DNA of 64,000 bases from positions 96,001 through 160,000 of the forward strand of contig OZ244052.1 in NCBI GenBank assembly GCA_965215125.1. The letters run 5' to 3'. The notes under the pieces are model-generated. The model had not been told where the DNA came from, ran no database searches, and saw nothing but the letters and a program-made list of their open reading frames with translations. A program made the translations under genes and the position numbers. The DNA comes from an uncultured candidatus Porisulfidus sp. Lineage in GTDB: Bacteria > Pseudomonadota > Gammaproteobacteria > Poriferisulfidales > Oxydemutatoraceae. Below, in pieces: positions 9,347 to 22,400 of the stretch (position 1 is its first letter; each line of letters begins with the position of its first letter).

Positions 9347-10477
9347 CTATTTGTTATAGAATTGGTTTGTCTTTGATATTTGTGCAATTCGTTTTTGCAA
9401 ATCACGAATTCGGTTTTGTAGACGAGTGAGTGCACTACCGATGTCATTGGCCTTTACATGCAAAGTACAAACCGGTGCATTCTTTTCAAAATAATAACCT
9501 GCAGGATTTTCCACCGGAATATCTCTGGCTTCTATCGGCCATTCAAAATCATTCGGTAATCGTATCGCTTCATCCGTATAAATAATAGCAAAAGTCCTGC
9601 ACGCCGAAGCGACTTTTGAATGCCTCGGCAAACCCTCGCCTTCGCATGCTTTGATATGTGCGTGCAATAGACCGTCGGCATAATCTTCGTCGTACAGTGT
9701 CATCGTCGCACCGGGTCTCGGGTTTAGCTCTAAAAAGTAGAGTCCGGTTCCGTCGTACAAATAATCGATATTATTCAAACCGATTAGATCGGATTTCTCG
9801 GCAATCGCCTCCGCTTGTGTGGTACACGATTGATCCAAAGAATGTGTGCCGATTGCGCCGCCGTAACAGAAAGGATGCCGCGGATCGTGCTTGGAATGCC
9901 ACTGCACACTGAAGCCTACCGTTTCAATTTGATTACCGTCGGCTAAGAATAGATGAGAAATACTCGTCAACGGTAGATAACTTTGGCGGTAATAGTCTTG
10001 CTTTATATCTCGGTAATCGTCGTCTCTATAGATGTGCACTCCGCCGCTACCGATTACCGATTTGTATAGATACGGTGGCATATTATCGGGCATCGACATC
10101 ATTTGATCCGGTAATCGCTCGAGCGTTTTGTTTTCGCTATATCGTCGATATTCGTATTGATTACCGTGTCGTTGCATACCGCTTTGCCGCATCACCTCGA
10201 GCGAGGTTTTGCAACCTTCAATACCCGAACCGACGACTAGAGTTTTGAGAGTCTCGGCATATTGTTTGCCGGTCTGCATAATCGCTTCGGCGAGTGCATC
10301 ATCGTCCAAACCGCCTTCTCTGCGTAGTGCGACGCGTGTCGCAGAAACCGCATGCTGCCTCACTTCACGATCACAGAAACCGTCTATTACCACGGCACTA
10401 TAGCCACCGCGTATAGCCGATTCAATCAGTATTCGAGCGTTCGTTGCTATCAGTAATAGCTCGGGGTCTTTTTTCAT
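9347..10477 (-). CDS. ATP-grasp protein OrfY (MyfB-like)
   Basis: [38 protein letters not shown]...PVCT; immediately upstream of mch. Confidence 0.75.
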   Translation of the reverse strand: MKKDPELLLIATNARILIESAIRGGYSAVVIDGFCDREVRQHAVSATRVALRREGGLDDDALAEAIMQTGKQYAETLKTLVVGSGIEGCKTSLEVMRQSGMQRHGNQYEYRRYSENKTLERLPDQMMSMPDNMPPYLYKSVIGSGGVHIYRDDDYRDIKQDYYRQSYLPLTSISHLFLADGNQIETVGFSVQWHSKHDPRHPFCYGGAIGTHSLDQSCTTQAEAIAEKSDLIGLNNIDYLYDGTGLYFLELNPRPGATMTLYDEDYADGLLHAHIKACEGEGLPRHSKVASACRTFAIIYTDEAIRLPNDFEWPIEARDIPVENPAGYYFEKNAPVCTLHVKANDIGSALTRLQNRIRDLQKRIAQISKTNQFYNK

Positions 10478-10517
10478 CGATATGTAGTCGGGGCAATTTG
10501 TATGCGTGCGATATAGC

Positions 10518-11633
10518 CTAGACGGGCAATGTACCTCTACTTATATCGAATAAATCGAGTTGCGCCGAGTCTTTCGCCGGGGGTTGAAACTGTGAGCAGT
10601 CCAATTCAACACGAGAACTAAAACCGATACGGCGATACGCTATCTTAAAACGTTGAGCGAGCATATCGGCATACCATCCCTTCCCTTTCATGCGCGACTT
10701 GAAGGACGATTGGTATAGTTTGCCGTCATGGCAATCTTTTAGGCGGTTCAGTATACGTTGTGCGCGCTCGGGATAGTGTTGTTCCAGCCATTCCTTGAAT
10801 AGGGTTTTTAGTTCGTGCGGTAAGCGTAGCAGGATATAGCCTGCGTATATGGCACCTGCGTTGCGGGCTGATTCGAGTATGTGTTCCATTTCGTGATCGT
10901 TTAGAAACGGTATCATCGGTGCAGCAATCACCCCGGTAGGAATACCTGCCGTCGACAATGCTTCTATGGTTTTCAACCGCTCGTCGGGTATAGAAGTACG
11001 CGGTTCCATGCGCCGCGACAACGTGCGATCCAAGGTCGTAACCGAGACCCATACATCAACCAACCCTAAGTGTGACATTTCCGACAATAAATCTAGGTCG
11101 CGCCGTATCAATGTAGATTTGGTGATTAACGAAACCGGATGGCGGCTTCGGTGTAACACCTCCAGTATACCTCGGCTTAATTCGAGTTTGCGCTCGGCCG
11201 GCTGATAGGCGTCGGTATTAGCTCCCAATACGACGGGACGGCATCTATAACTTTTCTTGGATAGCTCGTGTTCTAGCACGGCAACTGCATCGGGTTTATA
11301 GAATATCTGTGTCTCAAAATCCAAACCCGCGGATAAATCCATATAACTATGGGTGGGGCGCGCAAAACAATAGATACATCCGTGCTCACAACCGCGGTAC
11401 GGATTAATCGTGCGGTCGGAGCTAATATCGGGGGAAGTATTATAGTTAATCAAACTACGGATGGGTGTAGCGTGCAGTATGGTTTGCGGTTTGCTTTCGT
11501 CTTCTGCATGCGCGCACCAGTCGTCTGCTACCGCTTCGCTATGTGTTTCGGAAAAACGAGAGCAATGCCGACTCAATGCCCCTCGCCCGCGTCGATAATG
11601 AATACGAGCGGAATGTTGTTTTATATCTCCCAT
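10518..11633 (-). CDS. Radical SAM protein, PA0069/Rv2578c (SPL-like) family
   Basis: INPYRGCEHGCIYCFARPTH (CxxxCxxC), GANTDAYQPAE, LRLPHE, C-terminal QLDLF. Confidence 0.88.
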   Translation of the reverse strand: MGDIKQHSARIHYRRGRGALSRHCSRFSETHSEAVADDWCAHAEDESKPQTILHATPIRSLINYNTSPDISSDRTINPYRGCEHGCIYCFARPTHSYMDLSAGLDFETQIFYKPDAVAVLEHELSKKSYRCRPVVLGANTDAYQPAERKLELSRGILEVLHRSRHPVSLITKSTLIRRDLDLLSEMSHLGLVDVWVSVTTLDRTLSRRMEPRTSIPDERLKTIEALSTAGIPTGVIAAPMIPFLNDHEMEHILESARNAGAIYAGYILLRLPHELKTLFKEWLEQHYPERAQRILNRLKDCHDGKLYQSSFKSRMKGKGWYADMLAQRFKIAYRRIGFSSRVELDCSQFQPPAKDSAQLDLFDISRGTLPV

Positions 11634-11723
11634 ATTGATTTAAGGTATCATGAAAGGTTCCGCCACAATCAATGCGACGAAACCTTCAATACCATGAATA
11701 GGATTATCTATAACATGATTCTC

Positions 11724-13073
11724 TTATTGATTGTATGTGAGCTTGGTTTCGCTATCCGAAGGTGCGGCACCGTATAAGGAATAAGCACCAAAGCGCATTT
11801 GATGCGCTCTACCTAGCTTTTCTGCATAGAAATCAATCATGAACTGCTGATCCAACTCGTCGCCGTCCCAAACGAAGGCTTTGAAGAATTGTTCATCGTC
11901 CTCTCCGGTTTTATCCCACATTCCTAGTAAAGATGATGTGAAATAGGCACGCTTGCCGTCCCAACTTTGCGAAATCATATTAACTTGCGAACCGATGACA
12001 TGCTCATAGACTTGCTTGGGATTGAACGGATCGGTAATGTCAAAATACCGAGTCTTACCGTCCATAAAAGTCTGCACCCAAAGACCGCTGTCGTCCGAAG
12101 TGATAGAAATGTCTACCGGTAGAGGCACATCTGCCGGATTACCGATATCGGCAACCGCTTCGGCATTCCATTCACCACTCTCTACATCTTCGTAGATCAA
12201 CCAAATTTTAGAAGTCAGTGCGGTGGTCGTAAAGCAATAATTATGGTTCGGTTGCCAAGCACAGCGTATTTCCAGCGGTGCCCCGGGAACATCAAATACT
12301 TTTCTAGGCTTACGGCTATGCATATCCCACAACACCATCGTGTTGCCGAAACGCTTCATCGCTTCCGGATCCTTGAGCATTTTGCCGAAGTCCATCATAT
12401 AGTTAGACCAGCCGGTAAAAGACGAAGTCAACATCATATTGCGGCGAGGCAAAACGCGTAGATCGTAACCGTAGCCGTCGGCAAATTGGCCGGTCTTCTT
12501 CGCACCGCGCAAATCACTATCGGTAGGCTTCCAGTGCGTTGCAATATACTCGCCTTCGTTGGTGTATTCCGCCAAGCCGGTACGTCCGCCGTGATCTTTA
12601 TTATTGGATAAAGCGGTAATCATCATCCGTCCCGGCAATGCATAGAAAGTATGCGGTCCGACCAAACCGCCTGTTTTAGTAACGAAATTGCTAATGACTT
12701 TATGTAACCGCGGTTGGCGCGGGTTGCTATGTACATCAAAGATGAAAATCTTGTTGCTGTCCAGTCCACCGGCCCACAAATAACGTCGGTCGTCGCTCAA
12801 ACCGGAATGGTGTGCTTCGTTGCGCCCACCCACCGATAAGGTATGAACGACTTTTCCATAAGTATCGGAAGAGGGGTTGACATCTACGGTGACGAGCTTG
12901 TCTTGTTCGTCTCCTAAACCTTCAACGCCCAAAGTCCAAACATAGACATAGTCTTCCTGCCCGACTATCTTCGCCATATACGGCGACATACAGGTCTCGT
13001 CCGCTTGAGAGGCGGATACTAATCCTACAATCAAAAATAGCGCGGGAAACAATTTACTAATTATTTTAGACAT
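11724..13073 (-). CDS. mtoX: Methanethiol oxidase (selenium-binding protein family), secreted
   Basis: Signal peptide then DETCMSP; EAHH, GPHTFYALPGRM, SSFTGWSNYMMD, PLPVDISIT, GMWDK, LGRAHQMRF; resembles Hyphomicrobium MtoX including both Trp residues proposed for TTQ. Confidence 0.88.
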   Translation of the reverse strand: MSKIISKLFPALFLIVGLVSASQADETCMSPYMAKIVGQEDYVYVWTLGVEGLGDEQDKLVTVDVNPSSDTYGKVVHTLSVGGRNEAHHSGLSDDRRYLWAGGLDSNKIFIFDVHSNPRQPRLHKVISNFVTKTGGLVGPHTFYALPGRMMITALSNNKDHGGRTGLAEYTNEGEYIATHWKPTDSDLRGAKKTGQFADGYGYDLRVLPRRNMMLTSSFTGWSNYMMDFGKMLKDPEAMKRFGNTMVLWDMHSRKPRKVFDVPGAPLEIRCAWQPNHNYCFTTTALTSKIWLIYEDVESGEWNAEAVADIGNPADVPLPVDISITSDDSGLWVQTFMDGKTRYFDITDPFNPKQVYEHVIGSQVNMISQSWDGKRAYFTSSLLGMWDKTGEDDEQFFKAFVWDGDELDQQFMIDFYAEKLGRAHQMRFGAYSLYGAAPSDSETKLTYNQ

Positions 13074-13360
13074 AATATTCTCCTATTAGTTAGATAGCAT
13101 TGATTACTGCAATAAGCTGTCGCTTTTGCTGTAAAGATAAAATTAAAGGCTATAATAACATAGATTAACAGAATTCTGCACGCATTGGAGTGGCAATATT
13201 ATCACCGGTGGATCACCTCGTCAGGCTCAATCGGCGGATATCGCATTTCGTAATGTATGCGTTACCAACCCGTTAAAACTCTGCACAATGTAACGCCGAT
13301 TGATTTTGATATATGTAATATTTCTAATCAACACAATATTTAGATTTTGCACAACGTGAT

Positions 13361-13387
13361 GCCGATTGAACTACCGGCTCAATCGGC
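13361..13387 (-). terminator. Hairpin downstream of giant gene 1
   Basis: GCCGATTGA-actaccggc-TCAATCGGC perfect 9-bp stem 17 bp past the stop; no clear U-tract. Confidence 0.5.
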
Positions 13388-13404
13388 GGTTCCATTCGGC
13401 GATT

Positions 13405-16400
13405 CTACTGCAGAGGACCTTCCAAAAAGACTTTTGCTCTGATTAAAATAGCTCTGATGATGCGTGCGAGCGCGCTGCGTCTAGAATCCAGTTCTTCTTC
13501 CGCTTCGTCTATTTCCTCCGTCGCATTCTCGGGATTGGCATCGACCGGATCGTTATTCGCCAAGTCTCGCAAGCTCGTACCCGCACGACCCAGAGTGAAA
13601 CCAACCGTCGGATTGCTATCGTTTCGGGAAATCCGCACATCGGTATGATCGATCTCAAAGCCGCCATCGGTTATCGTATCTGTCGCCGTACTGTTCGGAA
13701 ACATCACCGAACCGTCTTCGAGTATTTGTAGTAAGGTATACGAATTTATATCATTGAGGCCTCGCACCTGTTCACCGTTGGCTACCGTTACCAGAAACTG
13801 CATATTATAGATATTACTATCCTTAGCGGTTTCGGTAGCTTTACGCCCTTTAGCGTTTACCGCAATCCTCGGTGGTTCGGTATCTCGGCGTGCTATCGCC
13901 GTGACGGTTGTGTCTATTTCTACGCCTAAGGCTATAGGTTCACCTTGTCTATCAGTAGTTGGATTGCCGTAAATATCCACCAATCCGGCATTGCGAGCCA
14001 GAGTAAACCCTGCAGTACGCTGAGTTTGATTTTCTACATCGTTAAATCTAACTCTATAGTTAAGCATCGCCTCGGTAGCCGAGGAATTAGAAGTGATGCT
14101 TTTGTTACGAATGAAAGTCGTTAAGTCCAATGCGTTACCGGCGGTCGGTTTATGGATCAACTTATACGAATCCAGTATTCCCAACCCGGTTATTGCTTCA
14201 TCGGATTCGGATTCCACTCTGAAGTTCATAGTATACTCATTGCCGTCCAATAAGTTCGGTTCGGCTATCCCCACCGCACTGACGATGAGTCTTGCAAACG
14301 TTCGCGGTATTACGGTTTTTGCCCTATCGTTGGGATCCAGCGGTTCGCCTATCATCACCATTCCGGTAGTGCCGACCACAACCGGTGCATTGGCAAAATA
14401 ATCGCATAATCTGCATCGATCTTCGTATTGGTCGGCGTTTAAGTCGTTGGGTGCACGACCCAGTGTAAAATTCTTTGTTTGCGCAATCTCTTCGGGACTT
14501 AGATATACTCCGTTATACGAAAGCATTGCGTTGATAGTCCCCGAACGATAGGATCGCGTGCCGTAATTTCTTACAACTTCAAATTCATCCGTCATAGTTT
14601 GACGCAGTAATTGGTAGGATCTGAGGTTATTGTGCAGCGGCACGTCAACCGACTCCCCGTCTACTATTTTTTTGTAGTCTAGATCGAATCCCAATCGGTA
14701 ATAACCGCCCGGCAACGCATTCCGACCTCCGTCGACGGGGATAACTTCCTGCGCCCTCACTTCAACGAACGGTGGATTTGTATCCCTCACCGCCAACGCG
14801 GAATCTCTGTCGTCAAAGGGTTGGTTGATCGTTAAACTTTGCGTGCTACCGAAAGGCACGGCGTCGTTATTCGCTAAATCGCGTATCGCAGACGCACCGC
14901 CGTAAGCCAATGTGAAACCCGAAGTCTCCTGCGCCTCGTCTTGACTTAAATGAAACGGTACCACATTGATAGAACGCATATTATTTAATTGTCTCGTGGT
15001 TGTTACTCCGATCCGAGGCTCTGCTACGGGTATATAGTTGCCGTTTTTGAGCTTGCGCAATATCGTATAGTTCCTGCTACTATTCCATCCCGGCCTGAGC
15101 GTTTCCAAAGGCAACGTGCTTGCTGCGAAAGATAGTACGAAACCGTCGATATTTGCACCGTTTACGGTTACCGCAACTTCTATTTCCGGCGGTGTCGTAT
15201 CCCGCATCGCTATGGCTGCAGTGCTCGGATCTATACGCGCATCGTCGGCTATAAGATTGCCCAATCTGTCCAACGGTTTGATCGTGGCTATTTGCAGTTT
15301 ATCGGCAGCGCGCCCCAAAGCAAAGCCTGCGGTGGCTCGGGTTATGGCGAGTGCCGTTGTGCCGATATCTTCGCCGAATGTCACCGTGTATTTAACTTTA
15401 GCTTCGGTATTACCCGAGGAAATCATCTCCACGGTATTTGATTCTATATACGGAGATAAGTCGTCTACGGCATCGGCATCGGGTGTCGGTATATGGAGCA
15501 ATACATAAGAACTTGTGCTACCGATGTCCGCTATCGCCTCGCCGGTCTCCGACCGCACTCTGAAAACCATGCTGTATTTGTTACCGTTATCAAGATCCGG
15601 GTATGCTCTGATGTTATCCGCTACGAGATTGTCTCTGACAAGCGGGTTTTGCGTATCGACTATCGCTTCGACGTTGATTTGTAGCGGTCTGTCTATCTTT
15701 GCTATCGCATCACTGCTTGCATCCAATCTATCCTCGCGAGCCCTATCGACAATCGGAGGAATATCTCCTTTCTCCAAGTTAGCACGACGCCCGAGTGTAA
15801 AACCTATAGTCTTAATTAACTGTGCCGTGCTCAGCGAGGTGTTAAAACTCACGCTTGCTAGAGCAACTTCCCCTTCGGCGAGTACCAATCCCGATGTATT
15901 CACACTGATAGATGCCGTTATCGTCGTGTGCGTGCCTTCATCGTCGATATGCAGTAGTTTATAAGAATCCGGCTGATCAAAGCCACCGACCATTTCGTCG
16001 CTCGAAACTCTAAAACTTCCTCCGTATTTAAGCCGATTATCCGAGAAAGGAACGGCTTTACCGTTTGCTCTCACCCTGATAATCGGATTTGGGGTATCGG
16101 TAGTCGGTACCGAGGCTTCTGCGTCTAAGCGTGAGTCTATGCGTTCGTTAATCTCAACCGTGCTATCGTCGGCAGGATCAACCAAAGGACTGCCCACCAA
16201 GTCGGTCAACCTTGCCTTACGACCTAAAGCAAAACTATGTTTGCTGGTGGTATCGGGATCGCTAACGGCGAAATATATCGTCGCACTTTGCAGATTGTTG
16301 AAGTTCGCACTACTAATATCGATACTTGCATCGTTTAATACGACAACCGGCGTACTCGGCATTGCAGTATCGGTTCTTTGCGGCACTCGCAATAGCACAT

Positions 16401-19400
16401 ACGACTCGGCATCCGTTATACCGTCTATACTTCTATTTCCCGACAAGCCGAAAGTGCCGCTATAATTCGTTCCCTTTTTAGTCAGGAAATTAAAATCTCG
16501 GTCGTAGGTCACAGCGATAGATGGATTGCCGACTCTTCGTATCGCAAGGTGCGCAGTAGTGCTTTCATCCAAAGGAGACGGCGGGTCAACCGTGACCGAC
16601 GCACCACCTACCGATACCACCGGATCATTGCCCGATTTATCGCGCAACCGTCCTGCTACGGCAAGACCTAGGGTAAAGGATTCGGTTTCGCTTATTTCTT
16701 CTATGGTCAAAGGCAATACATCGTTATAAATCAACTCTATATCACCACTCGGTGATATCACTTGCGACGGCACCGCCGAAACCGGGCGGTAGCTACTGTC
16801 GGTATTTAATTTGCGTAGCAGTCTGTAAGTACTCAGTGCCCTGAGTTCCGAGCCTACGGCATCCGACACATCGGATGATGCGGTTAGCCGAAATCTCATC
16901 GTATAACGATTCGGTTGGATGCCGACGAACTCGTCTATCGGTGTTACCCTAATGCGCGGCGGTTCTATATCCCTACGCACTATTGCCATCGCCGTGGTAT
17001 CCAAAGGATCCCCACCGAGTATCATCGTGCCGTCTCTATTAACCGGCAAGTTGCCGAAAGAATCGCATAAAACACAATTATTCTCGGTACTTGCACGGGC
17101 GCGGCCTAAGATAAAGCCGTAGGTACGCTGTGTTATCGCTATGCTACCGAGGTCAACTCTGAAAGTGATTCTAGACAAAGTCGTCGTAGCACTACCGCCG
17201 GACAACATTAAGGTTGCGGTCGTTTCCGTTGCCTCACCGATACCGTCGCTTCCGACGAGTGGTAGACGCAACAGGGTATAAGACCTCGCATCGCTTAAGC
17301 CTCTAACGGGGTTGCCGCTGCGTACTTCAAAACTTCCCGTATAGATATTGGTATTGCTTGAGTCGGGCACAGCCTCGTCGATTGCCGATACCGTAATCAG
17401 TTCGCCGGTTTTGTCTTCTATCTTCGCTTCTGCGGTCTCGGAGCGATCCAGCGGCATGCCTGCGGTTGCGGTTCGAGTCGTGCCGGCAACCACCGGAGCA
17501 TTGCTTGAATAATCGCATAACGGGCAATCGTTCACATCGTCGGGATTATTGGACGCACGGCTCAAAGTAAAACTCAAGGTCTGCTGTGCCTCGGGAACAC
17601 TCAATCCGACATTTTCGTATGTCATTCCGGCGCGATAATCCGAGAGGTGCTCTCCTCGGGCAACATAGGTGTCGGAAGTGACGATCTCATAATTCCCCTC
17701 CTCAATCTCACGCAATAATTGATACGACTCAGGGGAACTCAAGCCGTGTACACGCGTATTGATTTCTTGCATGTCATCATCCAATTTTTTAGAGGCAAGC
17801 TCAAAAACGATGTTATAACTTATGGTGTCTCGTTGTGCGCTACCGAGTGTGAGCGAGTTGGCATTCACTTCTATGAACGGCGGGTTCATATCTCTAATCA
17901 AAAACGCAGAGTCTCCGCTGTCAATAGGCCGATCCCGTTGCAAAGGATTTATGGTGCCGTCCTCATTTGCCTGAGATACATCGTTATTGGATAGGTCACG
18001 CAATGTAGATCTACCGTTATATCCCAATGTAAAGCCTTCGGTATCCAGAGCATCGTTTTCACTCAAACGGTAGCCGAAGATGGAGAAATGCCGCGAAAAA
18101 CCTATGTCACCGAATATAGTAATACTCCGACCATAGTCTGTCACTGCATCCCAGCTAGGCGTACTAAGTCTACGCAACAACACAAAGTCGTTCTCATCAT
18201 TCCATTGCGGTTGCAGATATTCTTCGGAGTCGGTTTGCAAGATAAAATTTATATCGATACCGCCGCTGCCTAAGCGACTACCGGCGACCGTCACCGCTAT
18301 TTTCGGTGGAGTCGTATCTCGTTTGGCTATCGCCGTATCGTTCGGGTTTATGCGGGCATCATCCGCTATTGCGATAGCGGCAACATTCAAAGGCAGTTCG
18401 GTCGGCGATCTCTGTAGTCTACCCGCCGCACGACCTAATACAAAACCGGCGGTGCGTTGGGTCAGAGCAACCGCGTCTTCATCGTCGGCGGAACCGAATT
18501 CTACCGTGTATCGGACTCTAGCTCGGGCTTGATCGGCAGAAACCATCTCCACGGTATTCGCGCTTATATATTCCGATAAGTTTATTTCGGTACCGGTCGT
18601 CGGTACGTGGAGCAATACATAAGAATCGGTGCTACCGATTTCCGGTATCGCTGCGCGGTTGAGTGAACGCACTTCAAAAATCATGTCATAGCGATTGCCG
18701 TTGACGGTATTATCGTCAAAATTAACTTCGGGGTAAGCCTTGGGTCCGTCGGATTGATTGAACGGAGGAAACTGCGCGAGTGCTTTGCTCGTATCGACAA
18801 TCGCATCGGCGGTGATCTGTAGAGAGCTATCCAGCACGGCGACTGCGGCTGCGGCTACATCCAGTCTATCGCTCCGATTTGTGTCTACCAACGGCGGCAT
18901 ACCGTCGGCTTCCAAGTTCGCACGACGACCGAGTGTAAAGCCGTAGGTCTGCCCTAGTCCGGTTGCGGTCAATGTAGTAGAAAAAACAACCGTTGCCATT
19001 CGCCTCGAAACATCGGCGGTCGTAGCGTCGTTCACGCGTATCATCGCCGTTGCCGTCGTTATCGTATGTACACCGTCTCTAGCAATCCGCAATAGGTTAT
19101 AAGAACCGGCGTGAGCTATGCCGCTTACATCTTTGTCGTTAATTACCGATACTTCAAAACTACCACCGTATACCAAAGGATTATTTGTGGGAGCCGCTTT
19201 GCCGTTTATTGCGACTACCGAAATTATAGGATTCGGGGTGTTGTCGGCAGGTATTCCGGCTTCTGCGGACACACGCGAATCTATACGGCTATTTGTCGTT
19301 ACCACCTCCCCCGTCATCGGGTCTACCAACGGATTACCCACCAAGTCGCTCAATCTATCTTTACGACCCAAGCTAAAACGATGTTTACTCGTCGCTTCGG

Positions 19401-22400
19401 AGTCGTCCACACTAAAGTATATCGCTACATCGTTCAGACTATTGAGGTCTGCACTACCGACGCTTATACTCGCATTCTGCAATACCACCACCGGCGTACT
19501 CGGTATCGTGGCATCGGTTCTTTGCGGTACCCGTAGTAGTACATAAGATTGACTACTCTCTATACCGTCTATGCCATTGACATCGGTGTCATTAAAATTG
19601 CCGGTGACATTAAAACTGCCACGATACGCGGTGCCGCTTTTGATGATTGCACCATTCGGTACTACCGTGAGCGACGGGCTTTCGCGTTCTATCGCAAATA
19701 ATGCTTGTGCGCTTGCATCCAACGGCAACGGTGGTGTTGTCGTCACTTCGGTAGGTGTCGTGCCGCCTATGCTCACGACCGGGTCGTTACTTGCAAGGTC
19801 GCGTAATCTATCGTCGGCACTGCGCCCCAGCGTAAAGCCCTCGGTGTTCAGGGCTTCGTCGATGGATAATCCCGATATATCCGTATAGCGTACTATGACC
19901 GTTCTAGTTGTTACTACCGTTATCTCTTCCGCCAGTCTGCCCGACATCGGCTCGTATGTATCGCGACCTTGAAGTTTGCGCAACAAACTATACGATCCAC
20001 TCTGCCTCAAATCCGAAAACTGCGTTGCCGGCACATCCGACGGTGCGGCCACCCTAAATGCCATCGTATAACCGCTCGCCGCTATCTCAAGATCACCCTC
20101 CCTCGCTACCGTATAGCTCGGCGACTCGGTATCTCTCACCGCAACCGCTTCATCGCGGGAATCCAAACGCTCGCCACGTTCAATCTCGTCTTCGGTATTC
20201 ACCGGGTCAACCGGATAATTGCTCACAAAATCCAGCAAATTGTCGCGCCGCGCCAGTGTGAAACCCATAGTCTCCATAACTTCGTCGCTACGCTCGAAGC
20301 GCGTGCTAAAACTAATTGTCGCCGACGCATCGGACACCGCATCCACCGCTATCCGTGCCGTTCGGGTACTCGGCGCACTACCATCACTCGGAATGTGCCA
20401 CAGCCAATACGAAGCGTCATCACCCAGTCCCAAAATACCGTTTGAACCCGATAGACCATCGTCAACTGTCGTATTCGCCGTCACCTCGAATGTTCCGCGA
20501 TACACCAACGGGTCGTTCTCGTCGGGCATTACACCCTGCGCTACAACACCGATGCTCGGGTGCGTTCGGTTGGTCTCAACAAATGCTTCGTCGCTGTCGT
20601 CAAATAGACGATCGGCACCTATGGTAATCGGGATGTTATAGGCAAGGTCGCGCACACCCCCATTATTACCCAGTGTGAAACCTACCGTCTCGCGCGCCTC
20701 GGCTTCGCTTAAACGAATATTGGTAAATACGGTATAGCTGGACGCTTCACCCGTTATACTAAACTCATTAGGATTAGGAACTATGGCATAGCCATCTCCG
20801 GCAAGTTTGCGTAACAAATTAAAAGATCGTGGGCGTATTATAGTATCGTCCAGGAGTTCATCGGCTTCTAACCGAAACCACATGCCATAGCCATTGACAA
20901 TCCCTCTATTGTTTGATGTGGTAATTGTTGGCTTAAAATTGGGATCTATAGATAGCGATATTGTCGGAGCTTGCGTATCTCTACGAGCGATTGCCTCGGC
21001 TGCAGTATCCAACTCGTCTCCGATATCAACCGCAGGCGCATTACCGTAGATATCGACAAAATTAGCGTTTGTGCCGCGAGCTAGGGTAAAGCCTCGGATG
21101 CGTCGTACTGTCTCCACGCTGTCAAGTGTGACAGTATAAGTCAGTGTCGTCGCATCTCCATTACGACTCAACTCGGTCTCGGATGTTCGTAGTATCACAT
21201 GGGTTATTGACGATGCCGACACCGGTAAATTTTCGTCTATGGGCTTCGCAATCACTCGATAAGAACTGCTATCCGCTATTCCCAAAACCTCGCGGTTTGC
21301 CCGTACCGCAAATTCCATCCCATAGCTATTAGGTGTTATTAAATCCGGAACCGCCTCGTATTCGTAGATTGATACAAAACTAGGACGGGGGTCCACATCG
21401 CTTTGCCGGTCAATCGCCCGTACCGTGAATACTAGCGGAACATTGTTACTCAGTGTTATCTCGTCTCTCAGTGCCGTCTGATAGTCTTCAACTATCTTAA
21501 AGTCCGCGCCCAGCACCGCATTACGCCTAAATTCCAGAGATATCGGTAACGATGCTTGCTCGACACGCCCCTCGTCGATCACCACGATGAGTGTTGTATT
21601 TTCATCGTTGAGGTCAACACTAACGATTGTAGGTGTGATCGCCGGTTTGTCCGCCGGTGCGCAAATGCCGTTGCTATCGGTCAAGCATAAGTTTTCTTTG
21701 TTTACGGTATCGGGGTGGAGTGCCTTGCTAAAACCGATTTCCCATGTGGATTCACCCATTTCATTTTTACCCGTATAAGCCGTGCGTCTCACTTCGGTGA
21801 CATACGGTGCATCGGCATCGTGCGCCAATGCTGCAACGAAGTTACCGTCTGCCAATTCAACATTGTCCACATCTCTGACCATACCGGTGGCGGTACTGAC
21901 CAACCTTAATATACCGTTGCTCACTGCCGATTCAAATCTAAGATTCACATAAGGTTCATTAACCCGATGCGTAGCGGTTGATATTTTGACCGCTTCGCCG
22001 ACACCGTCGATGATGAAGTTAGCTGCAGTTAGCGATGTCGGTATGGTCGCATCCTCGGAAGCGTACACAGCGACACCTTTGGAAAACTTAAGTCGCACAC
22101 CTTTGCCGTCGTCGTGGCGGGCATAATCCTCCACCCAAGTCTTGCCGTCCAATCTGAAACCGCGTAAATCGTTGTCGGCAATACCGAATACCGTGCGATT
22201 TAGCGTACTGGCGTCTCCGTCGCCGGCAATCCAAACCTGATTCTCCGCCCATAATCTGCCGGAAAACGCCAAGCCTGCATCGGCACCCGTGCTACCCTCG
22301 TTTGCATCCAGAGTTCCGTTGCCGTCGGCATCGTAGACGATTTGGCAACTGAATTCTACAAAGTCCTGCCATTCGCTATTGATCGTTGAAAAAGAACCGC

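Noticed and set aside
11724-13073. Selenoprotein, suggested by the family name
   Set aside because: No in-frame TGA; the ORF is complete with standard decoding.
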